64,000 nucleotides of DNA from Gemmatimonadota bacterium (GTDB taxonomy: Bacteria > Gemmatimonadota > Gemmatimonadetes > Longimicrobiales > Gaopeijiaceae), in NCBI GenBank assembly GCA_039587465.1, contig JBDHIL010000010.1, forward strand, positions 56,511 to 120,510. The letters are read 5' to 3'. The notes under the pieces were generated by a model that searched no databases, had not been told where the DNA came from, and saw only the letters and a program-made list of their open reading frames with translations. Positions 21,213 to 31,342 of this stretch are shown here, in pieces (positions within the stretch are counted from its first letter, which is position 1; every line of letters starts with the position of its first letter). The position numbers and the translations under genes are program-made.

Positions 21213-22805
21213 TCAGTCTCCCGAGAGCGAGACGGGCTCGTTCAAGACCGCCCCGCGGGTTCCGATATCGTCGTAGCTGAGCCCCGCGAACGCTGGGTTG
21301 GCCGCCGCCAAAGCGGCGAAGGCCGCCTCGGCCTTCCGCGGAGTCTCCGCCTCCGTCCGTTCCGCCACCAGCGCGCTGAGGACAAGCCACGCCGGGCGTG
21401 CGGCACCCGGACCCTGCAGGGCGGGCCAGAAACGCTGCACCCTGCCCTCATGGTTGGTGAACGTCCCTTCATGCTCGGCGAACGTGGTCAGGGGCAGCAC
21501 GAAGTCAGCATTCTCGACCGCGCCGCCGGCGTGGGTGCCGAAGTAGACGAACAGCGATGCATTCTTGCCGAAGTCCTGAGGCTGGTCAGCCAACGCATCA
21601 CCCATGACGAGGATGATTCCGTCATGGCCGGCGACGTCCTCCAGCCCGCCGGAAGCATCGCCCCCCCCGACTCGGTTCATCCCCATCAGGTCGGCGCCCC
21701 TGCGGTTGGGCACGAGGTCTCGGCGGCGGGCGAGCGACGGAAAGCCCTTCAGCACGATCTCGTCTTCGGCGGTCGCGGATCGGTACACGATATCCCCACC
21801 GCCCAAGGAGTCGACGAGAGCCCTGAGAGAAGCAAGGTCCTCGTTCGAAGCGAAGGGCGAGGCGACGGCCTTCACGCTGGCGGCGGGCTCCATCTGCTCG
21901 AGGAGCGCGCCCAGGGCGCCCTTCCATCCCATCGCGGTCGTGCCCCCCTCGCGCCGTACCAGCGGAGCCTCCAATCGGTCCCGGCGGTTGATCCACTCGT
22001 AGTCGGCTCGGCCGTGGTCACACATCCACCAGCCGTTGACCTCCAGGTTCTCCCTCGGCTTCACCCGCTGCACGAGATTGTCCCGCACGTGCAGATCGAT
22101 ATTACAGCCCTGCGAGCAGCTGCTGCACACCGACGGCGTGTGGGTGAGATCCCACGCGCGGGCCTTGTAGAGGAAGTCCTTCGAGATCAATGCCCCGACA
22201 GGGCAGATGTCGACGATGTTACCGTGCCAATGGGTTCCTTCCAGGCCTTCGTCGAAGAACGTGTCGATGACCGATCGGCTTCCACGTTCGACGACCGTGA
22301 GGCGATGGTCACCCTCGACCTCGTCCATGAACCGAACGCAGCGCGTGCACATCACGCAGCGATCACCGTAGTAGAGGACGTCGCCGCCGAAGTCATCCCG
22401 GCCGAAGACGCGCTTCGGCTCCCGGGACCGGCCATGTTCCCTGCCCTCTGCGTGGACGTAGTCCTGGAGTTCGCATTCCCCCGACATGTCACAGATCGGA
22501 CAGTCGAGCGGGTGATTCACCAAGTAGAACTCGAGGACTCCCTCGCGGAAGTCGAGCGCGGTTTCGGACTCGGTCTGGACGACCTGCCCATCCATGGCGC
22601 CCGTGACACATGACGGCATGGGCTTCGGCGCACCCTCCACTTCCACCAGACACAACCGGCATTGGGCCGGCGACGACATGCCAGGGTGGTAGCAGTAGTG
22701 AGGGACTTCCTTACCGACCTGCTTGGCGGCCTCGAGGAGGGTCGTCCCCTTGGGAACGGTGACCTCCTGGCCGTCGATGGTCAGGGTTACGGTGTTCTCA
22801 GCCAT
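21213..22805 (-). CDS. nuoG: NADH-quinone oxidoreductase subunit G (short form, 530 aa)
   Basis: N-terminal 2Fe-2S and 4Fe-4S cysteine clusters (CYHPGMSSPAQCRLCLVEV..., CDMSGECELQ). Confidence 0.9.
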   Translation of the reverse strand: MAENTVTLTIDGQEVTVPKGTTLLEAAKQVGKEVPHYCYHPGMSSPAQCRLCLVEVEGAPKPMPSCVTGAMDGQVVQTESETALDFREGVLEFYLVNHPLDCPICDMSGECELQDYVHAEGREHGRSREPKRVFGRDDFGGDVLYYGDRCVMCTRCVRFMDEVEGDHRLTVVERGSRSVIDTFFDEGLEGTHWHGNIVDICPVGALISKDFLYKARAWDLTHTPSVCSSCSQGCNIDLHVRDNLVQRVKPRENLEVNGWWMCDHGRADYEWINRRDRLEAPLVRREGGTTAMGWKGALGALLEQMEPAASVKAVASPFASNEDLASLRALVDSLGGGDIVYRSATAEDEIVLKGFPSLARRRDLVPNRRGADLMGMNRVGGGDASGGLEDVAGHDGIILVMGDALADQPQDFGKNASLFVYFGTHAGGAVENADFVLPLTTFAEHEGTFTNHEGRVQRFWPALQGPGAARPAWLVLSALVAERTEAETPRKAEAAFAALAAANPAFAGLSYDDIGTRGAVLNEPVSLSGD

Positions 22806-22810
22806 ATTCG

Positions 22811-24103
22811 TCAGGCAGCTCCCACCCGCTCACCGCGGCGGATCAGCGCGAGATACTCGTCTTTGAACTTCTCGATCGAACTCACCACGGGCGCCGCCGT
22901 CGAATCCGACAGCACGCAGATGGTGGTCCCCGTCATCTGCTTGCTCATCTCCAGCAGGGTTTCGAGGTCCTCCTCGGTTCCCCGCCCATCCTCGATGCGC
23001 CTGAGAACCCTGGTCATCCATGAGGTGCCTTCGCGGCACGGCGTGCACTGGCCGCACGACTCGTGCGCGTAGAACGAGACCATGCGGCGGACCTGCTTCA
23101 CGATGTCCGTGTCCTCGTCCATGATGATGACCGAGGCGCACCCCAGCATGGACCCGGCCTCCTCCACGCTTTCATAGTCCAGCTTCACGCCTTCGCACTC
23201 TTCGGCCGTGAGGATCGGGACAGATGAGCCCCCGGGAATCACCGCCTTGAGTTTCTTGCCGTCCTTCATGCCCCCGCAGACGTCGTTGATGAGATCCATG
23301 AGGGGAAAGCCGAGCGGAAGCTCGTAGTTTCCGGGCTTGTTCACGTGGCCGCTCACGCAGAAGAGCTTGGTGCCCTTGCTCTTTTCGGTGCCGATCCCGG
23401 CGTACCACTCCCCGCCGTTGTTGATGATGTGCGGAACGCTCGCCAGAGTCTCGACGTTGTTGATCGTGGTGGGCATGCCGAACGCCCCCACTGCGGCCGG
23501 GAACGGAGGCTTGACGCGCGGTGTGCCCCTGCGGCCTTCGAGGGAGTTCATCAAGGCGGTCTCCTCGCCGCAGATGTAGGCCCCACCGCCGAGGTGCACG
23601 GTCATTTCGAGGTCGACGCCCGACCCGAGGATGTTCTGGCCCAGGTAGCCCCGCTCGTACGCGTCCTCGAGCGCCCTTGCAACGACTGCGGAGGTCTCGA
23701 AGAACTCACCTCGGCAGTAGATGTAGGCGTGCTTGGCCCGAATCGCATACGCGCTGATGATCATCCCCTCGATCAGCTGATGGGGATCCCACCGTATCAG
23801 TTCCCGGTCCTTGAAGGTGCCGGGCTCAGACTCGTCCGCGTTACACAGCAGATACGCCGGCTTGCTCCCGTCCTTGGGCATGAACGACCACTTCACTCCC
23901 GTCGGGAATCCGGCGCCGCCGCGCCCTCGCAGACCCGACGCCTTGACCTCGTCGATCACCGCGTCGGGGCCCATATCGAAGGCCTTCTTCACCGCCGCAT
24001 AGCCGCCCCGCTCGACGTAGGTGTCGATGCGGCGCGCCGAGGGGTCGCCGAAGTGCCTGCTCAACATCCGGACCTCGCGGTCCGAGACGTAGGGATACGC
24101 CAT
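22811..24103 (-). CDS. nuoF: NADH-quinone oxidoreductase subunit F
   Basis: GLRGRGGAGFPTGVKW FMN/NADH motifs and C-terminal 4Fe-4S cysteines. Confidence 0.92.
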   Translation of the reverse strand: MAYPYVSDREVRMLSRHFGDPSARRIDTYVERGGYAAVKKAFDMGPDAVIDEVKASGLRGRGGAGFPTGVKWSFMPKDGSKPAYLLCNADESEPGTFKDRELIRWDPHQLIEGMIISAYAIRAKHAYIYCRGEFFETSAVVARALEDAYERGYLGQNILGSGVDLEMTVHLGGGAYICGEETALMNSLEGRRGTPRVKPPFPAAVGAFGMPTTINNVETLASVPHIINNGGEWYAGIGTEKSKGTKLFCVSGHVNKPGNYELPLGFPLMDLINDVCGGMKDGKKLKAVIPGGSSVPILTAEECEGVKLDYESVEEAGSMLGCASVIIMDEDTDIVKQVRRMVSFYAHESCGQCTPCREGTSWMTRVLRRIEDGRGTEEDLETLLEMSKQMTGTTICVLSDSTAAPVVSSIEKFKDEYLALIRRGERVGAA

Positions 24104-24124
24104 GCGCTCGCTCCGTCTCGCCGG

Positions 24125-24784
24125 CTAGGAGCCGGCGGCCTCCGTCTTGAGATGCTCGATGATCTTGGGCACCTCACCGGGGGTCACGTTTTCGAAATAG
24201 CGGGAATTGATCTGGACGCAGGTGGGAAAGCCGCAACCAGCGAGACACTCAGCCTCGATGACCGTGAAGTTTCCGTCGTCCGAGGTCTCACCCTGCTCGG
24301 TGTCGGTATAGCGGAGAAAGGCCTCCATGACCTCGTCCGCTCCACAAAGATTGCACGAGATGTTCGTGCAGACCTGCACCAGGTACCGCCCCACGGGACG
24401 CTTGTTGTACATGGTGTAGAACGTCGTCACGCCGCGGACATACGCGGACGGGAGATCCAGCAATTCCCCAACTCGGTCCATGGACTCGGAACTCACGTGC
24501 CCACGGACTTCCTGCGCCAAAGCCAACGTCGGCAGCAGGGCCGCCTGCTTGTTGGGGTACCGGGTCAGGATCTTCTCGAACCGCTCCTGATACGCACCCT
24601 CGAAGAGCGGCGCCTCAGGCTCCTTGCCCGCCAACATGTACGGGTAGCTCGACGCTCCGGAGGGGTGCCCGCCCCCGACCGGACGATCGCCGACGAAGTC
24701 GTCGCCGCGAACCTGGTCTTCCGAGAGATCGAACTCCCCCGTGTTTCCGGCCCAGCCGGGGTTCTTGAAGGGAACGTCACTCAT
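24125..24784 (-). CDS. nuoE: NADH-quinone oxidoreductase subunit E
   Basis: Thioredoxin-like 2Fe-2S subunit; CTNISCNLCGA ... CLAGCG motifs. Confidence 0.9.
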   Translation of the reverse strand: MSDVPFKNPGWAGNTGEFDLSEDQVRGDDFVGDRPVGGGHPSGASSYPYMLAGKEPEAPLFEGAYQERFEKILTRYPNKQAALLPTLALAQEVRGHVSSESMDRVGELLDLPSAYVRGVTTFYTMYNKRPVGRYLVQVCTNISCNLCGADEVMEAFLRYTDTEQGETSDDGNFTVIEAECLAGCGFPTCVQINSRYFENVTPGEVPKIIEHLKTEAAGS

Positions 24785-26076
24785 CGGTCGATCTCTCCCA
24801 GCACGATATCCAAGCTCGCATTGACCATGATCAGGTCGGCCACCAGATGTCCCTCAGCCAACTTCGGGATGACCGAGAGGTTCACGAAGGAAGGCGGCCG
24901 CACCCTCCAGCGGACCGGCTTGGTCCCGCCGTCGCTCACCACGTACATCCCGAGCTCACCCTTCGAGCCCTCAACCGAGAAAAAGCACTCACCCGCCGGA
25001 GCGTGAAGGCCCTCGGTGATCAGCTTGAAGTGATGGATCATCGACTCCATGTCGTTCATCGCCTCGGTCTTCGACGGAAGCGATATCCTCGGGTCCTCGA
25101 CGTTCATGGGCCCTTCGGGGAGTCGATCCAGGGCCTGATGGAGGATGCTGATACTCTGCTGCATCTCTTCCATCCGGCAGAGGTACCGGTCATAGCAGTC
25201 GCCATGCTGACCGATCGGGACTTCGAAATCGTATGTCTCGTAGTCGTAGTAGGGCTTGTCCTTGCGGACGTCATAGGCGACGCCCGACGCCCGGAGGTTC
25301 GGCCCCGTGAAGCCGCAGTTGATCGCTTCTTCTGCCCCGATGCACCCGATCCCCTGCATGCGCCCGATCAGGATTCCGTTGCGGCTCAGCAGCTTGTCGC
25401 ACTCGTCGAGCGTGGAGGGCAGCGTATTCAGGAAGGTCCGGAGTTCATCCGTAAAGCCTTCCGGGAAGTCCGCCATGAGCCCGCCCACCCGGGTCGCGGA
25501 CGTCGTGATACGTGCGCCGGTGAGGCGCTCGTGCATGTCGTAGATGCGCTCCCGCTCGTGAAACGAATACAGGAACGGTGTGAAAGCGCCCACGTCGATG
25601 GCCGTCGTCCCGAGCCAGAGAAGGTGACCGAAGATCCGGTCGAGCTCCATGAGGATGACCCGGGCGACCTTGCAGCGCTCGGTGACCTCGATACCCATCA
25701 ACTTCTCCACCGACATGACGTAGGCGCAGTTGTAGATGAGGGGGGCCAGGTAGTCCATCCGGTCGGTGAGGGGCACGATCTGATTCCACGTCCGGTACTC
25801 ACCCAGTTTCTCGAACGATGAGTGGAGATACCCGATGTGTGGCCGAACACTCGTCACCGTTTCCCCGTCCAACTCACAGACGAGCCGAAGCACTCCATGC
25901 GTGGCAGGGTGCTGAGGCCCGATGTTGATGAGCATCCCCTCGGACCCCAATTGAGGTTCGGGGATGTCGAAGGGAGCCAACGGGCTTGTGGTCGGTTTGC
26001 CGTCAGGTCCCATTTCGGGTGCCCGGCCCACCTCAAATTCGACTGTTCTTTGCGACATCGTCTCGCTTCGGTTCAC
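24781..26076 (-). CDS. nuoD: NADH-quinone oxidoreductase subunit D
   Basis: 431 aa; INIGPQHPATHGVLRL signature; overlaps nuoE by 4 bp. Confidence 0.92.
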   Translation of the reverse strand: MNRSETMSQRTVEFEVGRAPEMGPDGKPTTSPLAPFDIPEPQLGSEGMLINIGPQHPATHGVLRLVCELDGETVTSVRPHIGYLHSSFEKLGEYRTWNQIVPLTDRMDYLAPLIYNCAYVMSVEKLMGIEVTERCKVARVILMELDRIFGHLLWLGTTAIDVGAFTPFLYSFHERERIYDMHERLTGARITTSATRVGGLMADFPEGFTDELRTFLNTLPSTLDECDKLLSRNGILIGRMQGIGCIGAEEAINCGFTGPNLRASGVAYDVRKDKPYYDYETYDFEVPIGQHGDCYDRYLCRMEEMQQSISILHQALDRLPEGPMNVEDPRISLPSKTEAMNDMESMIHHFKLITEGLHAPAGECFFSVEGSKGELGMYVVSDGGTKPVRWRVRPPSFVNLSVIPKLAEGHLVADLIMVNASLDIVLGEIDR

Positions 26077-26091
26077 GGAGCCCGCACCGCT

Positions 26092-26805
26092 TCAGCCTTC
26101 GCTGCCGGAGTCTGCGCCGACCTGTGGGGTGGCGCGGGTCTCCTTCGCAGTGAGATGCTGAGGCTCGAGTCCTGTTTGCAGCTCGGACGGGATATAGAAG
26201 TGCTCCGGCTCCTGGTTGAGCGCCCTCAGCGTCTGTTCGGCGCGTGAGAACCGGCCCCGGAGCGGGAAATCCTTCCTGAGGGGGTGACCCTCCTCGTAGT
26301 CATGGGGCATCAGAATCCTGCGAAGGTCCGGATGCCCCGTGAACGTGATCCCGAACAGGTCGTAGACCTCCCGCTCCAGCCAGTTGGCGGTCTGCCAGAG
26401 GTCGCATACGGAGGCGATCTCGAGGGAGTCCAACGGGAGTTCGCACTTGACGCGGAGCGTCAGATGGTGCGTGAGCGAGAAGAGCTGATAGACCACCTGG
26501 AGAGGAGCCCCACCGCCGTAGTCCACGCACGTGACGTCCGTGAGGAATGCGTAGTCATGGGCCGGATCCTGCTGTATCCACGCCAGGACATCGTGGCCCT
26601 TCGCGGCATCCACGAAGACGACGTGCTGGTCTCCCGCCTGGATTTCATGGCGCAGCACTGCACCCGGAAACACCTCCCGCACGGCGTCGACCGTGGCATG
26701 CGTACCGGCGCCCGCCTCAATGCCGGATGCCGGCGTTTCGGTGTCGTCGGAGACTACTGGGCCCTCGCTGACAGCGTCGAGCCCACTTTTGGTTTCGTCT
26801 GCCAT
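26092..26805 (-). CDS. nuoC: NADH-quinone oxidoreductase subunit C
   Basis: 237 aa 30-kDa subunit family; separate from nuoD. Confidence 0.88.
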   Translation of the reverse strand: MADETKSGLDAVSEGPVVSDDTETPASGIEAGAGTHATVDAVREVFPGAVLRHEIQAGDQHVVFVDAAKGHDVLAWIQQDPAHDYAFLTDVTCVDYGGGAPLQVVYQLFSLTHHLTLRVKCELPLDSLEIASVCDLWQTANWLEREVYDLFGITFTGHPDLRRILMPHDYEEGHPLRKDFPLRGRFSRAEQTLRALNQEPEHFYIPSELQTGLEPQHLTAKETRATPQVGADSGSEG

Positions 26806-26811
26806 GATATG

Positions 26812-27495
26812 CTAGAGGAGGTCCTTGAGGGGGTCGCCACTCTCCGCGGCCCTGACGCCACCACCCTGATCCTGCTGGGTGGAATTCCCGAACGCGCCCG
26901 TGAGCTCTACGATCTCGGACTCCGACGCCCTGGGCTGGCCCACCAGCGTAGGATCTTCATTGCGCAGGATCGTGTTCTTCGTCAGCGACTCCTGGCGGAT
27001 CTTCTCCTGGATCATCATGAGGCCGTAGATCAGGCCCTCAGGTCTGGGAGGACATCCCGGCACGTAGACGTCTACCGGCACGATGGTGTCGATGCCCTGC
27101 ACCATGGAATAGACGTCGAACACGCCCCCCGTACTGGCGCACGCCCCCATCGAGACGCACCACTTGGGCTGAGGCATCTGGTCCCAGATCCGTCGCAGGA
27201 CCGGCGCAAGCTTGTACGGCACGCGCCCGGCACAGATCAGGACGTCTGCCTGTCGCGGCGTGAACGCCATGTTCTCCATGCCGAACCGCGACAGATCGAA
27301 GTCACTGGCGAATGCTGCCATCATTTCAATGGCGCAGCACGCCGTACCGAAGGGCATGGGCCAGAGCGAGTTCCTCCGGCCCCAGTTGACCACGAAATCC
27401 ACCTTCGTGGTGAGGAAGGTGGGACTTCCCTCCCCAAACATGCCCAGGGGCAGCCCGGTGTGGCCGATTCCCGTTTCGCCGCTATCTAATCCCAC
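26812..27495 (-). CDS. nuoB: NADH-quinone oxidoreductase subunit B (with ~50-aa C-terminal extension)
   Basis: [11 protein letters not shown] ... GCPPRPE 4Fe-4S N2 motifs. Confidence 0.92.
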   Translation of the reverse strand: MGLDSGETGIGHTGLPLGMFGEGSPTFLTTKVDFVVNWGRRNSLWPMPFGTACCAIEMMAAFASDFDLSRFGMENMAFTPRQADVLICAGRVPYKLAPVLRRIWDQMPQPKWCVSMGACASTGGVFDVYSMVQGIDTIVPVDVYVPGCPPRPEGLIYGLMMIQEKIRQESLTKNTILRNEDPTLVGQPRASESEIVELTGAFGNSTQQDQGGGVRAAESGDPLKDLL

Positions 27496-27842
27496 TCAAG
27501 GCCTCCCTTCTTCCATTCATAGAGCAGGCCGATGGCCAAGACCGCGACGAACATGGACATCGCGATGAACGCGCTCCAACCGAGCTCCCGCATTCGCACC
27601 GCCCAGGGAATCAGGAAGATCGTCTCCAGGTCGAAGACGATAAAACTGATCGCCACCATGTAGAACTTGACGGAGAACCGGGTCCGCGTGTCACCCAGAG
27701 GGATCATGCCGGACTCGTACGGCATCTCTTTCTGGGGGGTGGGGCGGCGCGGGTTGAAGATATGGGACCCCACGAGCATCCCGAGGGCGTTCAGGGCCGA
27801 GACTCCGAACAGCAGAAGAAGGGGGAGATAAGCTCCCGACAT
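27486..27842 (-). CDS. nuoA: NADH-quinone oxidoreductase subunit A
   Basis: 118 aa, 3 TM; first gene of the operon; overlaps nuoB by 10 bp. Confidence 0.9.
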   Translation of the reverse strand: MSGAYLPLLLLFGVSALNALGMLVGSHIFNPRRPTPQKEMPYESGMIPLGDTRTRFSVKFYMVAISFIVFDLETIFLIPWAVRMRELGWSAFIAMSMFVAVLAIGLLYEWKKGGLEWD

Positions 27843-28051
27843 GGGCCGCCGTCTTTGTGAAAATGTTCACGAGAGGACGCGAAAAGGTATCCGAAACCTC
27901 GGATAAGTGTCAAGCACACAAAAGCCAGTGAATTGCTTGAAATTTCTCGGTTTGCACGGCCCGGGTGGGCTCGCCTAGATTGGGCGCCTCTGCTCCACCC
28001 GGACTCAGTGGAGACAAGGCGGTTTCACACCTCGAAGACACGCGTGAGAAC
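27843..28051. promoter_or_regulatory. divergent intergenic/promoter region between nuoA and dcd
   Basis: 209-bp region that is less GC-rich than the flanks, between divergently transcribed nuoA and dcd; contains a TTGAAA hexamer; no experimental support. Confidence 0.4.
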
Positions 28052-28606
28052 ATGCCCATAAAGTGCGACAAGTGGATCCGGCGGATGTCCCAGGAACACG
28101 GAATGATCGAGCCCTTCGAAGACGGGCAGGTGCGGGCAGGCGTGATATCCTACGGGCTCTCTTCCTATGGCTACGACATCCGGGTGGCACCGGAGTTCAA
28201 GGTCTTCACCAACGTCCACAACGCCTTGGTCGATCCGAAGAAGTTCGATGACCGGTCCTTCGTCGACATCAACGAGGACACCTGCATCATTCCGCCCAAC
28301 TCCTTTGCGTTGGCGAGGACCGTCGAGTTCTTCCGCATTCCGAGGGACGTGCTGGTGATCTGCGTCGGGAAGTCGACGTACGCGCGGTGCGGGCTGATCG
28401 TCAACGTGACGCCCCTCGAGCCGACCTGGGAGGGATATCTCACCCTCGAGATCTCGAACACGACTCCCCTCCCCGCCAAGATCTATGGGGGAGAGGGTAT
28501 CGCTCAGCTGCTGTTCTTCGAGGGCGACGAAGAGCCTGAGACGGCCTACGCCGACCGGAAGGGCAAGTACATGCAGCAGGTCGGTGTGACACTGCCCAGA
28601 ATGTGA
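28052..28606 (+). CDS. dcd: dCTP deaminase
   Basis: [23 protein letters not shown]... matches the canonical Dcd N-terminus; start taken at the internal ATG of the 213-aa ORF. Confidence 0.9.
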   Translation: MPIKCDKWIRRMSQEHGMIEPFEDGQVRAGVISYGLSSYGYDIRVAPEFKVFTNVHNALVDPKKFDDRSFVDINEDTCIIPPNSFALARTVEFFRIPRDVLVICVGKSTYARCGLIVNVTPLEPTWEGYLTLEISNTTPLPAKIYGGEGIAQLLFFEGDEEPETAYADRKGKYMQQVGVTLPRM

Positions 28607-28630
28607 CCCGAGGGCGCCCCGCACCGGCCT

Positions 28631-28657
28631 TTCACCGGACTCCCTCTGGCCGGTGAA
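28631..28657. terminator. hairpin between convergent dcd and FKBP genes
   Basis: TTCACCGG...CCGGTGAA 8-bp stem with an 11-nt loop. Confidence 0.4.
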
Positions 28658-28675
28658 GTCGCTGGGCCGACCAGA

Positions 28676-29134
28676 CTAGCGGGTCACAGCCTCCAACTCG
28701 ACCACGAAGACCAGGGTCGAGCCCCCGGGAATCGGACCCATGTCGTTATCCCCGTACCCGAGTTGAGACGGAATCACGAGCTGACGGCGGCCCCCGGCCT
28801 TCATTCCGCTGACACCTTGGTCGAATCCGGCGACGACCTGACCCGTGCCGAGCGTAAACGAGAACGAGCCCGAGTCGAACATCTCTCCGCTCGTGAAGTA
28901 GCCCTTGTAGCCCACCTGAACGACGCGGCCAGAATCAGCGGCCTCCCCGTCTCCCAGATCCAGATCCGAGTACAGGAGACCGCTGGGCAGCTTCGTCATC
29001 GCGTCGAGGTCGATGCTCAGGGCGGGATCGATTTCCATTTCAGGTCCTTGCTCGCATCCGAGCACACAGAGAGAAAGAAGCGCGGTCGACAGAAACGTCT
29101 TTGCCCGCACGACCAACGCGACCGGAAGGCGCAC
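28676..29134 (-). CDS. FKBP-type peptidyl-prolyl cis-trans isomerase, probable lipoprotein (paralog 1)
   Basis: FKBP_C domain (VHYTGxxxDGxxFDSS-like: VGYKGYFTSGEMFDSGSF... LVFVVEL); N-terminal signal with VLGC lipobox-like cysteine. Confidence 0.85.
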   Translation of the reverse strand: MRLPVALVVRAKTFLSTALLSLCVLGCEQGPEMEIDPALSIDLDAMTKLPSGLLYSDLDLGDGEAADSGRVVQVGYKGYFTSGEMFDSGSFSFTLGTGQVVAGFDQGVSGMKAGGRRQLVIPSQLGYGDNDMGPIPGGSTLVFVVELEAVTR

Positions 29135-29136
29135 GG

Positions 29137-29610
29137 TCAGCCGACCGAGAGAACTTCGACTTCGAAAATGAGGATGGACCCGGGGGGGATGCTTCCGGCA
29201 CCTCTGCTCCCATAGCCCAACTCAGGGGGGATGACGATCTTGCGCTTCCCGCCCAGCTGCATTCCGTCAACACCGATGTCGAAGCCCTGGATGACAGCGC
29301 CGGCCCCGAGGGTGAAGGTGAACGGTTGGAGACCGGGATCGAAGACAGTCCCGTTCGTCAGCCACCCCGTATATGCGACCTCCACGGAAGCGCCCGCGGT
29401 CAAAGGGTCACCGGTGCCGATCTCGATGTCCTGGATGTAGACGCCACCCGTGAGCGTCATGGCCGAAAGGTCGATGCCGAGGCTGGCAGCGAACTCCGTC
29501 TCACCGATGACCTGCGGACCCGTCACCCCTCCATCGCCAAGACATCCCCCCATCAGGGTAAGGACCGCGGCTACTGCCGCTGATCGCCAGCTCCGGTCGA
29601 TCCACTTCAT
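29137..29610 (-). CDS. FKBP-type peptidyl-prolyl cis-trans isomerase, probable lipoprotein (paralog 2)
   Basis: FKBP_C domain; signal peptide with LMGGC lipobox. Confidence 0.85.
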   Translation of the reverse strand: MKWIDRSWRSAAVAAVLTLMGGCLGDGGVTGPQVIGETEFAASLGIDLSAMTLTGGVYIQDIEIGTGDPLTAGASVEVAYTGWLTNGTVFDPGLQPFTFTLGAGAVIQGFDIGVDGMQLGGKRKIVIPPELGYGSRGAGSIPPGSILIFEVEVLSVG

Positions 29611-29714
29611 GAATGGCTCCCTCGCTCAATGTTCACATCACCCTTCCCGCGGCCGCGGACGGTCCCTCGATGGGACGCCAGCAGAATACGCCGAGGGGGC
29701 CCGGTTGTTTCCGT

Positions 29715-30365
29715 TCAGCCTGCACTCATGAGCTGCACCTCGAACACCAGGGTCGCGTTCGGGGGGACGTCGCCCTGTCCTTGCGAGCCGTACGCGAGCC
29801 CCGGGCGCACCACGAGCCGACGGACACCGCCGACCTTCATGCCGGGGATACCCTCATTCCACGCCCGGATGACCTCGTTTCCCCCGAGGCGGAACTGGAA
29901 GGGTTCTCCGCCCATGCTCGTGTCCACCAGGGTGCCGTCAGGCAGCCACACGGCGTAATGGACCCCGACACGACTCGTGCGGCTCGCCTCGGCGCCGACG
30001 CCGTCGGACATATCCTTCACGTACAGCCCCGGCTGCACCTGCTGCATGGTCGACAGATCCACCCCGAGTTCGTCGGTGAAGGTCAGGGCTGCGGGATCGC
30101 GCAGACTTCCCTGCCAGGGAGTGCCCGCACAGGCCGCTGTCCACCCGACCATCGCGAATACAGCGAACCACTTGACCCGGCCGGTAGGAGAAGCCCCTGG
30201 TCGCCACCGCTGCTCGCCGGTGGTCTGCTCGGCCTGTGAAACACGATTCGTCGGCGCACCATCTCCGGTCCCGCTCAGAGATCCTTCGGCATCCATGGCT
30301 TCACCTCGCAGGGCTTCTGGTCCGACGGGGCCGACGAGTGCTGTCACACGTCCTTTGGCAGGCAT
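29715..30365 (-). CDS. FKBP-type peptidyl-prolyl cis-trans isomerase (paralog 3), start uncertain
   Basis: FKBP_C domain (VHYAVWLPDGTLVDTS...LVFEVQL); hydrophobic segment WFAVFAMVGWTAAC preceded by an unusually long N-region, so the true start is unclear. Confidence 0.75.
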   Translation of the reverse strand: MPAKGRVTALVGPVGPEALRGEAMDAEGSLSGTGDGAPTNRVSQAEQTTGEQRWRPGASPTGRVKWFAVFAMVGWTAACAGTPWQGSLRDPAALTFTDELGVDLSTMQQVQPGLYVKDMSDGVGAEASRTSRVGVHYAVWLPDGTLVDTSMGGEPFQFRLGGNEVIRAWNEGIPGMKVGGVRRLVVRPGLAYGSQGQGDVPPNATLVFEVQLMSAG

Positions 30366-30674
30366 GATGATATCTCTTCGCGTGCTGGGATCACGGGCTC
30401 GCTAGACTACCCTCCCGCGAACGGACGGAGCAAGTCTTCAGTCGACGAGTTCGCCATGAGGTGGCCGAGTCGGGATCACCGAGCGGGGGGCTGAGCGCCG
30501 CACGCCTGAACAAGCGCGGCCGGTGGCTCGTATTGAGGTCTGGGACCCCTGCCCAGGGTTGGCCCATAGGACCAGGGCCGCGCTATGTTGGGCGCGTCGA
30601 CCCTGGTGTTGTCCGCGCGGTCCTGACGGACCAGCGGCCGGGACGAATCGCACAGCACGACAACGGAGGCCGTC

Positions 30675-31319
30675 ATGTACGCCGCGTACGTCTTCAGCCT
30701 TGTCCTGGGGGGGGGATTCCTCCTCGTGTCGGTGCTGGGAGACATTCTGGGTGGAGATGCCAGTGACATGGCGTTCGACGCCGATGTGGACGTGGATGTC
30801 GATCTGGACATCGACGTGCATGCGGATGTGGATGTCCACGGAGACGTGGACGCCCATCACGACATGGCACTGGTCTCGAAGGTGTTCTCCTTCCGCATGG
30901 TCGTATACACCCTCTTCGGCTTCGGTGCGGTAGGGTGGCTCATGACGAAGGGAGGGTTCGCGCCCGCGGCCCCGATCACGCTGGCCTCGTCCATCGTGGG
31001 TGGGATCGCCTCGGGAGCCCTCGTACAGAGCGTCTTCAACTACCTGAAGAGAACTGACAGCGGACAGCACACCAGAGAGGATGCGTTCGTGGGACTCCCC
31101 GCCGTGGTGACGCTCCCCCTCGGAGGAAACTCGGCAGGCAACATCGCCGTGGAACTCGACGCACGCCGCCTCACCCTCCGCGCCCTGCCCTACGACGGTG
31201 ACGTGCCAGATGGAGTGATGGAGACGTGGAAGCACGTAGTGATCGTGGACATGAGAGACGGAGTCGCCCGCGTGGCCCCGGTGGACGAAGATCTTCGCGC
31301 CCTTCCGAGACCCGAGTGA
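30675..31319 (+). CDS. NfeD-like (YqiJ/YuaF-type) membrane protein with Asp/His-rich DV-repeat loop and C-terminal OB-fold
   Basis: TM helices, acidic loop DADVDVDVDLDIDVHADVDVHGDVDAHHD, C-terminal beta-rich domain; immediately upstream of the flotillin gene as in nfeD-SPFH operons. Confidence 0.7.
   Translation: MYAAYVFSLVLGGGFLLVSVLGDILGGDASDMAFDADVDVDVDLDIDVHADVDVHGDVDAHHDMALVSKVFSFRMVVYTLFGFGAVGWLMTKGGFAPAAPITLASSIVGGIASGALVQSVFNYLKRTDSGQHTREDAFVGLPAVVTLPLGGNSAGNIAVELDARRLTLRALPYDGDVPDGVMETWKHVVIVDMRDGVARVAPVDEDLRALPRPE
30773..30861 (+). repeat. imperfect hexanucleotide (GAYGTN)n repeat encoding the DV-repeat loop
   Basis: gacgccgatgtggacgtggatgtcgatctggacatcgacgtgcatgcggatgtggatgtccacggagacgtggac, 6-nt periodicity read directly. 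Confidence 0.7.
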
Positions 31320-31342
31320 CTCGATAGCCTGGAGACAGTCTG

